Of a DNA stretch of 64,000 nucleotides, positions 44,307 through 54,122 are shown in pieces. The notes below the pieces were generated by a model that was given only the letters and a program-made list of their open reading frames with translations, searched no databases and was not told the DNA's origin. The DNA lies in NCBI GenBank assembly GCA_018895275.1, contig JAHIOQ010000032.1, positions 176-64,175 of the forward strand, read 5' to 3'. The position numbers were made by a program, and so were the translations under genes. Positions within the stretch are counted from its first letter, which is position 1. Every line of letters begins with the position of its first letter. Source of the DNA: Candidatus Omnitrophota bacterium. Lineage in GTDB: Bacteria > Omnitrophota > Gorgyraeia > B26-G9.

Positions 44307-45379
44307 AGAAAAAGTCAGGATATAATGTTGCGGTTGTCGGCGTAGGCGCGGTAGGGGTAGAGATGCTGCGGGTACTTAAACAGCATAAATTTCCGCTAAA
44401 GGAATTGCGCGTTTTTGCGCGCAGTGCCCGTGATATTTGTGTTGACGGGAAAACCTATCGCGTGGATAAGATAAACGCGGACGGTTTTAACGGGATGGAT
44501 TTTGCTTTATTCGCCGGCACGGAAGGGGATAAAGGCGCGGCGGTTACTTATGCTCCGGAAGCGGTAAAACGCGGTGCGGTGGTTATCGATAACGGCGCTG
44601 ACTTTCGTTTGCGAAAGGACGTGCCGCTGGTAGTGCCGGAGGTAAACGGCGAAGACGCGCGAAAGCACAAAGGGATAATCGCCAACCCCAATTGTTCGAC
44701 GATTCAAATGGTCGCGGCGATTGCGCCGATTCATCGCAAGGTGAAGATAAAGCGGATTATTGCCGTAACCTATCAGGCGGCGAGCGGCGCCGGAAGAGGC
44801 GCGATAAAACAGTTGTGGGATGAGACCGGCTTCATACATGCGAAAAAAAGCCTGGAGGAGGCCTGGCAGTCTCCGCTGCAGTGTAAATATAAGGCGCAGG
44901 AAGCGGCTTTCCCGCATCAGATAGCCTTTAATCTTCTCGCGCAAATCGGCGGTTTCAGGGATGACGGATATACCTCGGAAGAATGGAAGATGGTTGCGGA
45001 GACGCATAAGATTTTTCACGACAAAAAAATCAGGATTTCCGCGACGTGTGTGCGGGTTCCGGTACTGAACGCTCACTCTGAGGCGCTTTATCTGGAAACG
45101 CAGAAACCGGTTTCCGCGGCCGCGGTGCGCGCAATCCTGGGAAAGGCAAAAGGGGTTGTCGTCATTGATGAGCCGGCTGCCGGCAGATATCCGATGCCGG
45201 TTTCGGCATGCGGAAAAGATGAGGTTTTTGTCGGGCGTATCCGAAACGATCCTTTTGTGAAGAACGGATTATGGCTGTGGGTCGTAAGCGATAACCTGCG
45301 TAAAGGCGCTGCTTCCAATGCCGTACAGATCGCGGAATATTTAATCAATGAGCACATGACTTATAGAGCGAAGCGCTGA
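44303..45379 (+). CDS. asd: aspartate-semialdehyde dehydrogenase
   Basis: VAVVGVGAVG, the active-site string IANPNCSTIQMV, and SGAGRGA. Confidence 0.9.
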   Translation: MKKKSGYNVAVVGVGAVGVEMLRVLKQHKFPLKELRVFARSARDICVDGKTYRVDKINADGFNGMDFALFAGTEGDKGAAVTYAPEAVKRGAVVIDNGADFRLRKDVPLVVPEVNGEDARKHKGIIANPNCSTIQMVAAIAPIHRKVKIKRIIAVTYQAASGAGRGAIKQLWDETGFIHAKKSLEEAWQSPLQCKYKAQEAAFPHQIAFNLLAQIGGFRDDGYTSEEWKMVAETHKIFHDKKIRISATCVRVPVLNAHSEALYLETQKPVSAAAVRAILGKAKGVVVIDEPAAGRYPMPVSACGKDEVFVGRIRNDPFVKNGLWLWVVSDNLRKGAASNAVQIAEYLINEHMTYRAKR

Positions 45380-45425
45380 TAAGTCATAGTGCGAATTGAC
45401 CCTGAGCGACTCGAAAGATTAAACC

Positions 45426-46208
45426 TTGTTGAAACACAGGAATATCCTTATTACGATAGAGTATGACGGGACAGATTATCAGGGCTGGCAGGCGCAGCGC
45501 CGGCTGCCTTGCGCCGCTACCGTGCAGGAAACTATTGAGAATGTTCTGCAGCGCGTCCTTCAGAATAAAATACCGCTTATCGGTTCCGGCCGTACGGATG
45601 CCGGAGTCCATGCCAAAGGCCAACGCGCGCATTTCAAGGCCGTGCTTAAGCTCGGCCTGCCGCAGCTGAAAAAAGCGCTCAACGCGCTTCTGCCCGGTGA
45701 TATCCGCATCGTGCGCATCCGCTTTGTGCCGGATGAATTCCATGCCCGCTATGATGCGAAATGGAAACTATACCGCTATACGGTTCATAACGCAATCTGC
45801 CATTCGGTTTTCTCGCGCCGCTATGCGATGCATTTTTCCCAGCCGTTGGATGTAGATTCCATGCGGAAAGCCGCAGGCCTGCTTATCGGCAGGCACGACT
45901 TCAGGTCATTTCAGGCTTCGGACAGGGTTGCCCGGGATGCGGTGCGCACGATAAAGCGCATTGCGGTTAAAAAGCAGGGGGCATTAATTTATATAGATAT
46001 CGAAGCGGACGGCTTCCTCTATAATATGGTAAGAAACATCGCCGGAACCCTGATTGAAATCGGCAGGGGAAAGATACCTGCCGCAAGCATGAAAAAGATA
46101 TTAGCGGCAAAAGACAGAAGGCTGGCAGGGCCGACGGCTCCGGCCCAAGGCCTATGCCTCATAAAGGTGGTTTATGAGAAGGGGACATTAACTTCTTCAG
46201 CACGTTAA
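45426..46208 (+). CDS. truA: tRNA pseudouridine(38-40) synthase
   Basis: ILITIEYDGTDYQGWQ, GSGRTDAGVHA, GFLYNMVRNIAG. TTG start. Confidence 0.9.
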   Translation: MLKHRNILITIEYDGTDYQGWQAQRRLPCAATVQETIENVLQRVLQNKIPLIGSGRTDAGVHAKGQRAHFKAVLKLGLPQLKKALNALLPGDIRIVRIRFVPDEFHARYDAKWKLYRYTVHNAICHSVFSRRYAMHFSQPLDVDSMRKAAGLLIGRHDFRSFQASDRVARDAVRTIKRIAVKKQGALIYIDIEADGFLYNMVRNIAGTLIEIGRGKIPAASMKKILAAKDRRLAGPTAPAQGLCLIKVVYEKGTLTSSAR

Positions 46209-46451
46209 CGTTATCCTGCTGGCTTTGCGCTGCCTGCACCGTAACTTCGTGCTCAAAAACTTGCTGCTTGGAACCTGTTTGCTTTTGACGCGATGTCTGT
46301 CTGCTTCCGAGCAATGGCTTGACAATTGCAATTGTTATAAAAATTGCTATAAAATTGTTGACATTTTTAAGTAATTTTGTTAATCTGGGTTAAAATCAAA
46401 GTGGTATAATAAGTTTCCTTAAAATGGGGCAAACAATGAGGGGGGGGAACG

Positions 46452-47429
46452 ATGGGTACTAAAATAGAAGGACATGGAATTCCGTTTGATCCGATTGAAC
46501 CTGCAGATTTGGATACGCCGCCGCTGAAAGCAGTGAGTGAAAAAAACATAATCGAGGATAATGCGCAGCCTGCCAATCTACCTCAAACTAAAAAAACGAA
46601 CTCCCGCATTGTTTTAATCTTGTTGACGATAATTACCCTGCTTTTCTTTTCGGCGGCGATAGCTTTGTATGTTGCCAAAGAAAATGAGATTAATCAGCGC
46701 TTAAAAGTTCAGGCAGAGCTGGAACAGCTTCAGTCTGATAAAGCCGTAGTGGACAGGGAATTGAAATCGACCTTGCTTGTCAAAGAGCAATTGGAGATTG
46801 ACCTGGCGCAAAGAAAAGAAAACTACAATGTGCTTTTGGGCCAATGCCAGCAGCAGCAGTCGGATAATGAAGCGTTGATGGAAAAGTTTAATGAAAAAAT
46901 GAAACTAGTTAATTCTTTGAAAGGCCGCCTGGAAAAAGAAGAGCAGGATAAGAAATTGCTCGGCAGCAAGTTTGAAGCGATCAATCTTGAATATGATGAT
47001 GTCAAAAAACAGTTGAGCCAGATTCGTATGGCTAAGGATGCGCTTGAAAACAGGATCCTGCAGCTGAGCCGCAAAAGAAGGGCGAATACGGTTGAACTGG
47101 AAACAATAGTCGTAGATTCGGATAACCCGGTCAATCCGATGTCCGCAGCCGGTGATTCCGCGAGTAAACCGCTATTCATAAAATTAGGGCCGCCGGCTCG
47201 TTTGGAAGGCCAGGTTTTGGTGGTGAATAAAGAATTTGCTTTCGTGGTTATTAATATCGGGGAAAAAGACGGTATCCAGGAGTCACAGGTTTTGGACGTG
47301 TACCGGGGGCAGGATTTGCTCGGTAAGGTGAAGGTAGAACGGATTTACGATACGATGTCTTCCGCGGTAATCCTTCCGGAGGCGACGAAACAGGAGCTCA
47401 AGGAGGGCGATATCGTAAAGCTGATATAG
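46452..47429 (+). CDS. membrane-anchored coiled-coil protein with a C-terminal beta-rich domain, unknown function
   Basis: One TM (IVLILLTIITLLFFSAAIALYV), about 150 aa of heptad coiled coil, and C-terminal GQVLVVNKEFAFVVINIGEKDGI..VYRG..LGKVKVERIY. Confidence 0.7.
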   Translation: MGTKIEGHGIPFDPIEPADLDTPPLKAVSEKNIIEDNAQPANLPQTKKTNSRIVLILLTIITLLFFSAAIALYVAKENEINQRLKVQAELEQLQSDKAVVDRELKSTLLVKEQLEIDLAQRKENYNVLLGQCQQQQSDNEALMEKFNEKMKLVNSLKGRLEKEEQDKKLLGSKFEAINLEYDDVKKQLSQIRMAKDALENRILQLSRKRRANTVELETIVVDSDNPVNPMSAAGDSASKPLFIKLGPPARLEGQVLVVNKEFAFVVINIGEKDGIQESQVLDVYRGQDLLGKVKVERIYDTMSSAVILPEATKQELKEGDIVKLI

Positions 47430-47501
47430 TTTTTGCGCGGAAAACGTTTGAGCCAACAAGGGGGAGTCTATACTTCCCCTTTTAACTTCTTAGACATAAA
47501 T

Positions 47502-48815
47502 ATGCCTAATATTAAAACAGCTAAAATTCGAGGGATAAACGGTGAATTTTTTGCGCCTGCGGATAAATCTATCTCGCAGCGGGCGGTGATTATCGCTGCA
47601 TTAGCCAAAGGCAGGACGCGTTTCGACAATTTCCTGGATTGTGCGGATTGCCGAAGGGCGATGGCTGCTTTCCGGCAGATGGGAGTGGATATCAGGTTAG
47701 AAAAGAAAAACCGGCAGGCGGAACTTTATGTGCAAGGCAAGGGGCTCTTTGGCCTGAGCGCGCCGAAAAAAGAGATGGATATCGGCAATTCCGGAACAAC
47801 AATGCGGCTTGTTTGCGGAATTCTTGCCGGGCAGCCGTTTGAGAGTAAGCTTAGCGGGGATGCCTCTCTGTCGAAAAGACCGATGAAACGGGTTATTGAG
47901 CCGTTACGGTCTATGGGCGCCGTCATAAAGGGAAGGCTTAAAGACGGACAGGAATATCCTCCTTTGACGATTAAGGGAATGCCGTTACAGGGGATTTCAT
48001 ATAATATGCCGATAAAAAGCGCACAGGTTAAATCCTGTGTTTTGCTTGCCGGCTTATTGGCCGAGGGCAGGACCGAAGTGCTGGAAATGGTGAAAACACG
48101 TGATCATACGGAACGGATGTTAAAGGCATTTCAGGCGGATATTCGTATTAAAGGAAGACGTGTCTGTGTAAGGGGAAAAAAAGAGCTTTGTGCTCCGCGC
48201 CGGTTATTTATTCCCGGAGATATGTCTTCGTGCGCTTTTTTTATTATTGCCGCTGCCCTGGCCCCGAAGTCACGGCTGCGGATAAAAAATGCCGGGCTTA
48301 ATCCTACGCGTATAGCTTTGCTTTCGATATTAAAGCGGATGGGTGTTGAGGTTAACGTTATAAAAAACAAAAATAGCCTTGAATCCTTCGAGCCGTATGC
48401 CGATATTTCGGTGAAATCAAGCCGTTTAAAAGCGGTTACCTTAACCGAAAACGATGTTGCCTATTGCATTGATGAATTGCCGATTTTGTGCGTAGCGGCG
48501 TGTTTTGCCGAGGGGACGACCCGTATTCTCGGCGCTGCGGAATTAAGAGTGAAGGAAACGGATAGAATTCATGCTATGGTGACGAATTTAAAGAAAGCAG
48601 GTGCGGATATCCGTAATGTCCGCAATGATTTGATTATCAAAGGTACCGGTGCGTTGCATGGTACGACAGTGGATAGTTTTGGCGATCACCGCACGGCAAT
48701 GAGCATGGCTGTAGCCGGGTTGATGGCTGAGGGCGAAATGGTCATTCGGAATACCGAATGTGTAAATAAATCTTTTCCGGAATTTATGAATATTATGCGC
48801 TCGATTATAAATTGA
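47502..48815 (+). CDS. aroA: 3-phosphoshikimate 1-carboxyvinyltransferase (EPSP synthase)
   Basis: PADKSISQRA, IGNSGTTMRL, LRVKETDRI and FGDHRTAMS. ATG 47502 is preferred. Confidence 0.92.
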   Translation: MPNIKTAKIRGINGEFFAPADKSISQRAVIIAALAKGRTRFDNFLDCADCRRAMAAFRQMGVDIRLEKKNRQAELYVQGKGLFGLSAPKKEMDIGNSGTTMRLVCGILAGQPFESKLSGDASLSKRPMKRVIEPLRSMGAVIKGRLKDGQEYPPLTIKGMPLQGISYNMPIKSAQVKSCVLLAGLLAEGRTEVLEMVKTRDHTERMLKAFQADIRIKGRRVCVRGKKELCAPRRLFIPGDMSSCAFFIIAAALAPKSRLRIKNAGLNPTRIALLSILKRMGVEVNVIKNKNSLESFEPYADISVKSSRLKAVTLTENDVAYCIDELPILCVAACFAEGTTRILGAAELRVKETDRIHAMVTNLKKAGADIRNVRNDLIIKGTGALHGTTVDSFGDHRTAMSMAVAGLMAEGEMVIRNTECVNKSFPEFMNIMRSIIN

Positions 48816-48881
48816 CATGGATTTGCGATTGTGTTATAACAATAATATCTTATCACATGAAGAAAGGCGGAAAGGGGTACG

Positions 48882-49946
48882 ATGGATAAAATTTTTAAGC
48901 GGTTAGTAGCCTTTTTTGATTCGATTAAATCGTTTTTCTCCTTTGATATAGGAATCGACCTCGGTACGGCAAATACCCTGGTTTATGTTAAAGGCGAAGG
49001 GATTGTATTGTGTGAGCCTTCCGTGGTGGCGATTAAAAAGGGGACTTCACAGGTTCTTGCCGTGGGAGAAGAAGCAAAACGGATGTTGGGGCGTACTCCG
49101 GGCAATATTGTCGCTATCCGTCCGATGAAAGACGGCGTTATTGCCGATTTCGACATAAGTGAACGTATGCTGCGTTATTTTATCAGCCGGGTTCACAAAC
49201 GGAAACGTTTTATTAAACCGCTTATCGTCATTGCCGTTCCGTCGGGGATTACGGAAGTCGAGAAAAGAGCGGTGATTGATTCTGCGGAGCGGGCAGGGGC
49301 AAGAGAGGTGTATCTTATCGAAGAACCGAAAGCCGCGGCAATCGGAGTCGGGCTTCCTGTACAGGAACCTATCGGCAATATGATTGTCGATATCGGCGGC
49401 GGGACGACGGAAATTGCGATTATATCCTTAGGCGGTATTGTTTGCGCGAAAAGTCTGCGTATCGGAGGCGATGAGATGGATGATGCGGTTGTGCAGCATC
49501 TTAAACGTTCCTACAATTTGATGGTCGGAGAGCGTACGGCGGAAGAAGTTAAGATAAAAATCGGTTCTGCTTATCCTCTTGAGGAAGAACTTAGCCTGGA
49601 TATCAAGGGCCGGGATTTGATTGCCGGACTGCCGAAGACGGTGAAGGTTACATCCCAGGAAATAAGAGAAGCGTTATCCGAATCGATCAGCGCTATTGTC
49701 GAATCCATAAGGGTAGTTCTGGAAAAAGCGCCTCCGGAATTGTCCGCTGATTTGGTGGAACAGGGTATTGTCCTTGTCGGGGGAGGCAGTCTGCTGCGCG
49801 GTATAGATAAGCTGCTTCATGAAGAGACCGGGCTGCCGGTACGCGTTGCGGAGGATGCCTTAACTGCCGTAGCGTTGGGAACCGGCAAATTTTTGAGCGA
49901 AGTACACAATTTCCGGAAGCTTGGTTTGCAAAGGAATAAATATTGA
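48882..49946 (+). CDS. mreB: rod shape-determining protein MreB
   Basis: [29 protein letters not shown] and [11 protein letters not shown]. Confidence 0.95.
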   Translation: MDKIFKRLVAFFDSIKSFFSFDIGIDLGTANTLVYVKGEGIVLCEPSVVAIKKGTSQVLAVGEEAKRMLGRTPGNIVAIRPMKDGVIADFDISERMLRYFISRVHKRKRFIKPLIVIAVPSGITEVEKRAVIDSAERAGAREVYLIEEPKAAAIGVGLPVQEPIGNMIVDIGGGTTEIAIISLGGIVCAKSLRIGGDEMDDAVVQHLKRSYNLMVGERTAEEVKIKIGSAYPLEEELSLDIKGRDLIAGLPKTVKVTSQEIREALSESISAIVESIRVVLEKAPPELSADLVEQGIVLVGGGSLLRGIDKLLHEETGLPVRVAEDALTAVALGTGKFLSEVHNFRKLGLQRNKY

Positions 49947-49962
49947 AAAATAACTCTATATT

Positions 49963-50754
49963 GTGTTTAAACGAAAAAAAATACTTTTACTCACCCCTTT
50001 AGTAATTATTTTACTTGTCGTTTTAATTATACCGCCGCATAAATTAGTGCATTTAAAAAGTAATTCTTTCTTTGCCTTCAGGACTCCGCTTTCTTTCGGA
50101 TACCACGCGTATGTTCTGGTTACCTATGCGAAAAAAGTATTTACCTGCCTAAGGGAATATCCGCTTATGAAAAAAGAACTGGAAGAATTACGGTTTGCCG
50201 CAAATCAATTTCAGGAGGAACAGCTGGAAAATAAACGGCTGCGGAAAATTCTCGAGTTAAAAGAAAAAGAGGAAAACAGATTTATCGTGGCGCGGGTTAT
50301 CGCCAGGGAACCGACAAATTGGTTGAGCAGTTTGATTATTGATAAAGGTGAAAGAGACGGAATAGTCATAAACCAGGCGGTGATGAGCTTTTCCGGGCTT
50401 ATAGGAAAAGTCATCGAAGTTTATTCCGCGTCGGCAAAGGTATTGCTTATAAATGATGTTAATTCCCGCGTGGTAGTATTAGTGCAAAGAACAAGAGAGG
50501 AAGGTATGCTTGAGGGGATAGGACGCGGTTTGTGCCGGCTGAAATATTTGCCGGTTGATGCGGATGTGCGTTTGGGCGATGCGGTTGTGAGTGCCGGAGT
50601 AGGCGGTGTTTATTCCAAGGGCCTGCTCATCGGTAAGGTGGAAAGTATTCGCCTTGAGCGGGGAGGGATTTATAAAAGCTGTATTATTAAACCCGCGGCG
50701 CCGTTAACCGGGCTGGAAGAGGTTTTATGTTTAAGATCAAATTCAAAACCTTAA
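49963..50754 (+). CDS. mreC: rod shape-determining protein MreC
   Basis: TM, coiled coil (ELEELRFAANQFQEEQLENKRLRKILELK), then beta domains. Position after mreB. GTG start. Confidence 0.88.
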   Translation: MFKRKKILLLTPLVIILLVVLIIPPHKLVHLKSNSFFAFRTPLSFGYHAYVLVTYAKKVFTCLREYPLMKKELEELRFAANQFQEEQLENKRLRKILELKEKEENRFIVARVIAREPTNWLSSLIIDKGERDGIVINQAVMSFSGLIGKVIEVYSASAKVLLINDVNSRVVVLVQRTREEGMLEGIGRGLCRLKYLPVDADVRLGDAVVSAGVGGVYSKGLLIGKVESIRLERGGIYKSCIIKPAAPLTGLEEVLCLRSNSKP

Positions 50755-51233
50755 GATTTTTTCTTATTGCCTATCTGACGCTTATCTGCCAGGCTACTTT
50801 TGTACACGTGTTTTCTTTGGGCGGGGTTGTCCCCGATTTTGTTCTATTGCTGGTAATTTTTTTTAGTTTGTATAACGGCCGGAAGAACGGCATGATTTTC
50901 GGACTGGTGAGCGGCCTGGGCGTTGATATATTAAGCGGCGGGATTGTCGGTATCAACTGTTTTGTTTTAGGGTGCGTGGGCCTTCTTACCGGGCTGCTTA
51001 AGGAACGTGTTTACACGAATCATCTCTTGACAAGGATATTAGTCCCGCTGGCTGCGGGCATTTTCTCTATAGCGGTTTATTATCTTTTGGCCGTGCGTTT
51101 TTACCAGGTGCCCTCTTTTTCGGAAAACATACCGGTGATAGCCGGAACGCTTCTTTATACGACTTTGTGCAATGTTTTTTTTGCCGATATTCTTGAAAGA
51201 ACGGTAGTGTTAAAACAAATGACGCTTTCATGA
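50727..51233 (+). CDS. mreD: rod shape-determining protein MreD
   Basis: 168-aa polytopic protein after mreC. Confidence 0.8.
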   Translation: MFKIKFKTLRFFLIAYLTLICQATFVHVFSLGGVVPDFVLLLVIFFSLYNGRKNGMIFGLVSGLGVDILSGGIVGINCFVLGCVGLLTGLLKERVYTNHLLTRILVPLAAGIFSIAVYYLLAVRFYQVPSFSENIPVIAGTLLYTTLCNVFFADILERTVVLKQMTLS

Positions 51234-52927
51234 GACTGAAAATCCTGCGCAATATATTATTTCTGCTTTTTTTGGTCTTATACGCGGGTATCTTCCGGAT
51301 GCAGATAATCAAGGGGCCCGAATATTTCCGGCAGAGTGAGAATAACCGTATCCGTCTGGTTCCGGAAGAAGCCTCACGCGGGATTATTTATGACCGCAAC
51401 CGTATCCCTTTAGTCGAGAACCGGCTGGCATTTGATGTCGCGGCCGTTCCGCAGGAGATAGAGCCGGAAAACAAGGATGTATTGTTCTTAAAATTAAGTA
51501 AACTTATCAATGTTACCCCGGAGGCGCTTGCGGATACTTTTGCGCGGAATGCCGATGCTTTTTTCTCTCCGGTTCTGATTGCCGGCAATGTTCCGCGGGA
51601 AACGGCGTTTTTGGTTGAACAGGAGATGGCGCAGTTGTCGGGTGTATTTATAAAACCGCGGGCAATTCGTTATTATCCCTTTGCTAAGGCGGCCGCACAT
51701 CTTGTCGGTTATGTGGGGAAAATGCGCGAAAACGAATATCCGCAATTAAAGAAATACGGCTACCGGATTAAGGATGTTATCGGCAGAAACGGCCTGGAGC
51801 GTGCTTTTGATGATACCTTGCGCGGAAAGCCGGGCGGCATGCAATTGGAAGTCGATAATACAGGGCATGTCGTTAAAGTGCTTAGTTACCGCTATCCGGA
51901 GCGCGGCAAGGACGTTTACACGGTGATCGATATAAAGCTGCAGGAGCTGTTGTGCGGCCTCATTGGCAATACGAAAGGTGCGGCAGGGGTGATGGATGCG
52001 GATAGCGGAGAGATCCTCGCTTTATACAGCGGGCCTTCGTATGATCCTAATTTTTTTGTCGACACCGGCAAGGCCGATGAGGTAAAAAAGATTTTACGGG
52101 ATAGCGATGCTCCGCTCATCAACCGGAATCTGAAGACATATCCTCCGGGGTCTATTTTTAAAATAGTTACGGCATATACGGGGCTTTTTGAAAACATAAT
52201 AACTGCGCAGTCAACGTGCGATTGTACCGGAGAATTTATAATCGGCAATTCAACGCGTAACTGCTGGCTTAAAAGCGGACACGGAGAGGTTAATGTCAAA
52301 AAGGCGCTTGCCGTATCCTGTAATGTTTTCTTCTGGGACGTGGGGCTAAAAATCGGAGAACGAATATTATCTGCTTCGGCAAAAGAATTCGGGTTTGGAA
52401 AAGCTACGGGCATAGAGCTGCCGGGAGAAGATGCGGGTACCGTACCGAATGCGCGCTGGAAAAATTCCGTATTGCGTCAGCGCTGGTACGGGGGGGATAC
52501 GGTGAATTTCTCTATAGGCCAGGGCTATTTGCTGGTGAGCCCGGTGCAGGCCCTGAAGATGGCCGCTCTTGTTGCTAACGGCGGGCATGAGGTGATGCCG
52601 CATATCGTAAAAGACGAGAAAAGACTTAAACCGGGCAGGAATATACTTTCAGCGGAAATCTTACGAGTGGTAAAGAAGGGAATGTTTGCCGTGGTAAACA
52701 GCGCGGAAGGTACGGGGCGGCGTGCTTATCTGGAAGGGGTGGATATCTATGCCAAAACAGGCACGGCACAGGTAGGGGGAAGGCCGCCTCACGCGTGGTT
52801 TGTCGGTTTTGCGGAAATCTCGAATAAAAAGATTTGTTTTGCCGTATTTCTTGAACACGGCGGGCACGGCGGCGACCAGGCCGCGGATATTGCCAGGCAG
52901 GTAATTGTTTATTTTAAAGAACATTAG
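51230..52927 (+). CDS. mrdA: penicillin-binding protein 2 (elongasome transpeptidase)
   Basis: SxxK (PPGSIFKIV), SxN (AVSCNVFF) and KTGTAQ motifs. Located between mreD and rodA. Confidence 0.92.
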   Translation: MRLKILRNILFLLFLVLYAGIFRMQIIKGPEYFRQSENNRIRLVPEEASRGIIYDRNRIPLVENRLAFDVAAVPQEIEPENKDVLFLKLSKLINVTPEALADTFARNADAFFSPVLIAGNVPRETAFLVEQEMAQLSGVFIKPRAIRYYPFAKAAAHLVGYVGKMRENEYPQLKKYGYRIKDVIGRNGLERAFDDTLRGKPGGMQLEVDNTGHVVKVLSYRYPERGKDVYTVIDIKLQELLCGLIGNTKGAAGVMDADSGEILALYSGPSYDPNFFVDTGKADEVKKILRDSDAPLINRNLKTYPPGSIFKIVTAYTGLFENIITAQSTCDCTGEFIIGNSTRNCWLKSGHGEVNVKKALAVSCNVFFWDVGLKIGERILSASAKEFGFGKATGIELPGEDAGTVPNARWKNSVLRQRWYGGDTVNFSIGQGYLLVSPVQALKMAALVANGGHEVMPHIVKDEKRLKPGRNILSAEILRVVKKGMFAVVNSAEGTGRRAYLEGVDIYAKTGTAQVGGRPPHAWFVGFAEISNKKICFAVFLEHGGHGGDQAADIARQVIVYFKEH

Positions 52928-52990
52928 CCCGAATATTTCATGGTATGGTCTACTGCGCTCGCTACAACGATACCATGAAATATCCGGGCT
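52926..52990. repeat. 65-bp hairpin element with CCCGRATATTTCA termini, starting inside the mrdA stop codon
   Basis: AGCCCGAATATTTCATGGTAT (52926-52946) pairs with ATACCATGAAATATCCGGGCT (52970-52990) at 20 of 21 positions, with a 23-nt loop. Confidence 0.9.
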
Positions 52991-53011
52991 AGAAAAAACG
53001 GATGCTCATAA

Positions 53012-54094
53012 ATGCTGAAAAACATTGACTATGTTCTGGGACTTATTCTTATCGTATTATTGATTTTCGGACTGGTGGCCTTATTCAGCGCCTCATATCA
53101 AAAACAGCTCGATACGGGTAAGAGTTTTGTCCTGACGCAAATGGTCTGGATTTTTATCGGATTAATCATTGTTTTTTTTGTGACGCTTCCCGGGTATCAT
53201 TCTTTCTTAAGTGCTTCTTATATTTTATACGGCCTGGATATTTTTCTGCTTTTGCTTGTGCTGGTCATGGGCAAAACCGCGCTGGGCGCGCAGCGCTGGA
53301 TAAGTATCGCCGGCATAGGGGTCCAACCGTCTGAAATTTCCAAGATAGTGACAATATTGGCCCTGGCGAGAATGATCGGAGATAATCCGCAGCGTTTAAA
53401 AACGGTAAGAGGGCTGATCGGCCCGGCCCTTATGGTTTTAATCCCGATGCTGTTGATTTTTAAACAGCCGGATTTGGGCACAGCACTTGTTTTCGCGCCG
53501 ATTTTTTTATCCATGTTATGGGTCGGGGGGATTAGGCTGAAATATCTTATTATTGCGCTGGCCGCGGGAATTACATGTTTGCCGTTGGGCTGGTATCTGC
53601 TTAAGGACTATCAGCGGGACCGCCTGCTTGTATTTATTAATCCCGACCTCGATCCTTTGGGGGCCGGGTATACGATTAATCAGTCTAAAATAGCGATCGG
53701 TTCCGGGATGTGTATGGGCAAGGGATGGCTTACCGGTACGCAAAACCAGCTTAATTTTCTTCCCGAACGCCATACGGATTTTATCTTTTCCGTTGTCGGA
53801 GAGGAATGGGGATTTATCGGTACGGCGATTGTATTGTTTGTTTTTTTGCTTTTAGTTATGCGCGGGCTTAAGATTGCCGAGACGACAAATGATATCTCCG
53901 GTAAACTTATTGCTGTCGGAGTAACGACAATGCTTGCATTGCATGTTATAATAAATATCGGTATGACTTTGGGGCTGATGCCTGTAGTGGGAATGCCTTT
54001 GCCTTTTATCAGTTATGGAGGCTCGGCCCTGATTTCAAACCTTATCGCCGTTGGTTTTCTGTTTAACGTACGCATGCATAAGACAATGTTTTGA
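53012..54094 (+). CDS. rodA: SEDS glycosyltransferase RodA
   Basis: FtsW/RodA/SpoVE family strings QPSEISKI, TDFIFSVVGEEWGF and PFISYGGS. Confidence 0.92.
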   Translation: MLKNIDYVLGLILIVLLIFGLVALFSASYQKQLDTGKSFVLTQMVWIFIGLIIVFFVTLPGYHSFLSASYILYGLDIFLLLLVLVMGKTALGAQRWISIAGIGVQPSEISKIVTILALARMIGDNPQRLKTVRGLIGPALMVLIPMLLIFKQPDLGTALVFAPIFLSMLWVGGIRLKYLIIALAAGITCLPLGWYLLKDYQRDRLLVFINPDLDPLGAGYTINQSKIAIGSGMCMGKGWLTGTQNQLNFLPERHTDFIFSVVGEEWGFIGTAIVLFVFLLLVMRGLKIAETTNDISGKLIAVGVTTMLALHVIINIGMTLGLMPVVGMPLPFISYGGSALISNLIAVGFLFNVRMHKTMF

Positions 54095-54122
54095 GCGTAC
54101 ATAATTAGGAGGGGAGGAAAAT

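Noticed and set aside
46269-46282. Sigma-54-like TGGAAC-N4-TTGC upstream of the 46452 gene.
   Set aside because: The GG-to-GC spacing is one nucleotide shorter than the invariant -24/-12 spacing, and position 4 is A rather than C. It is unlikely to be functional.
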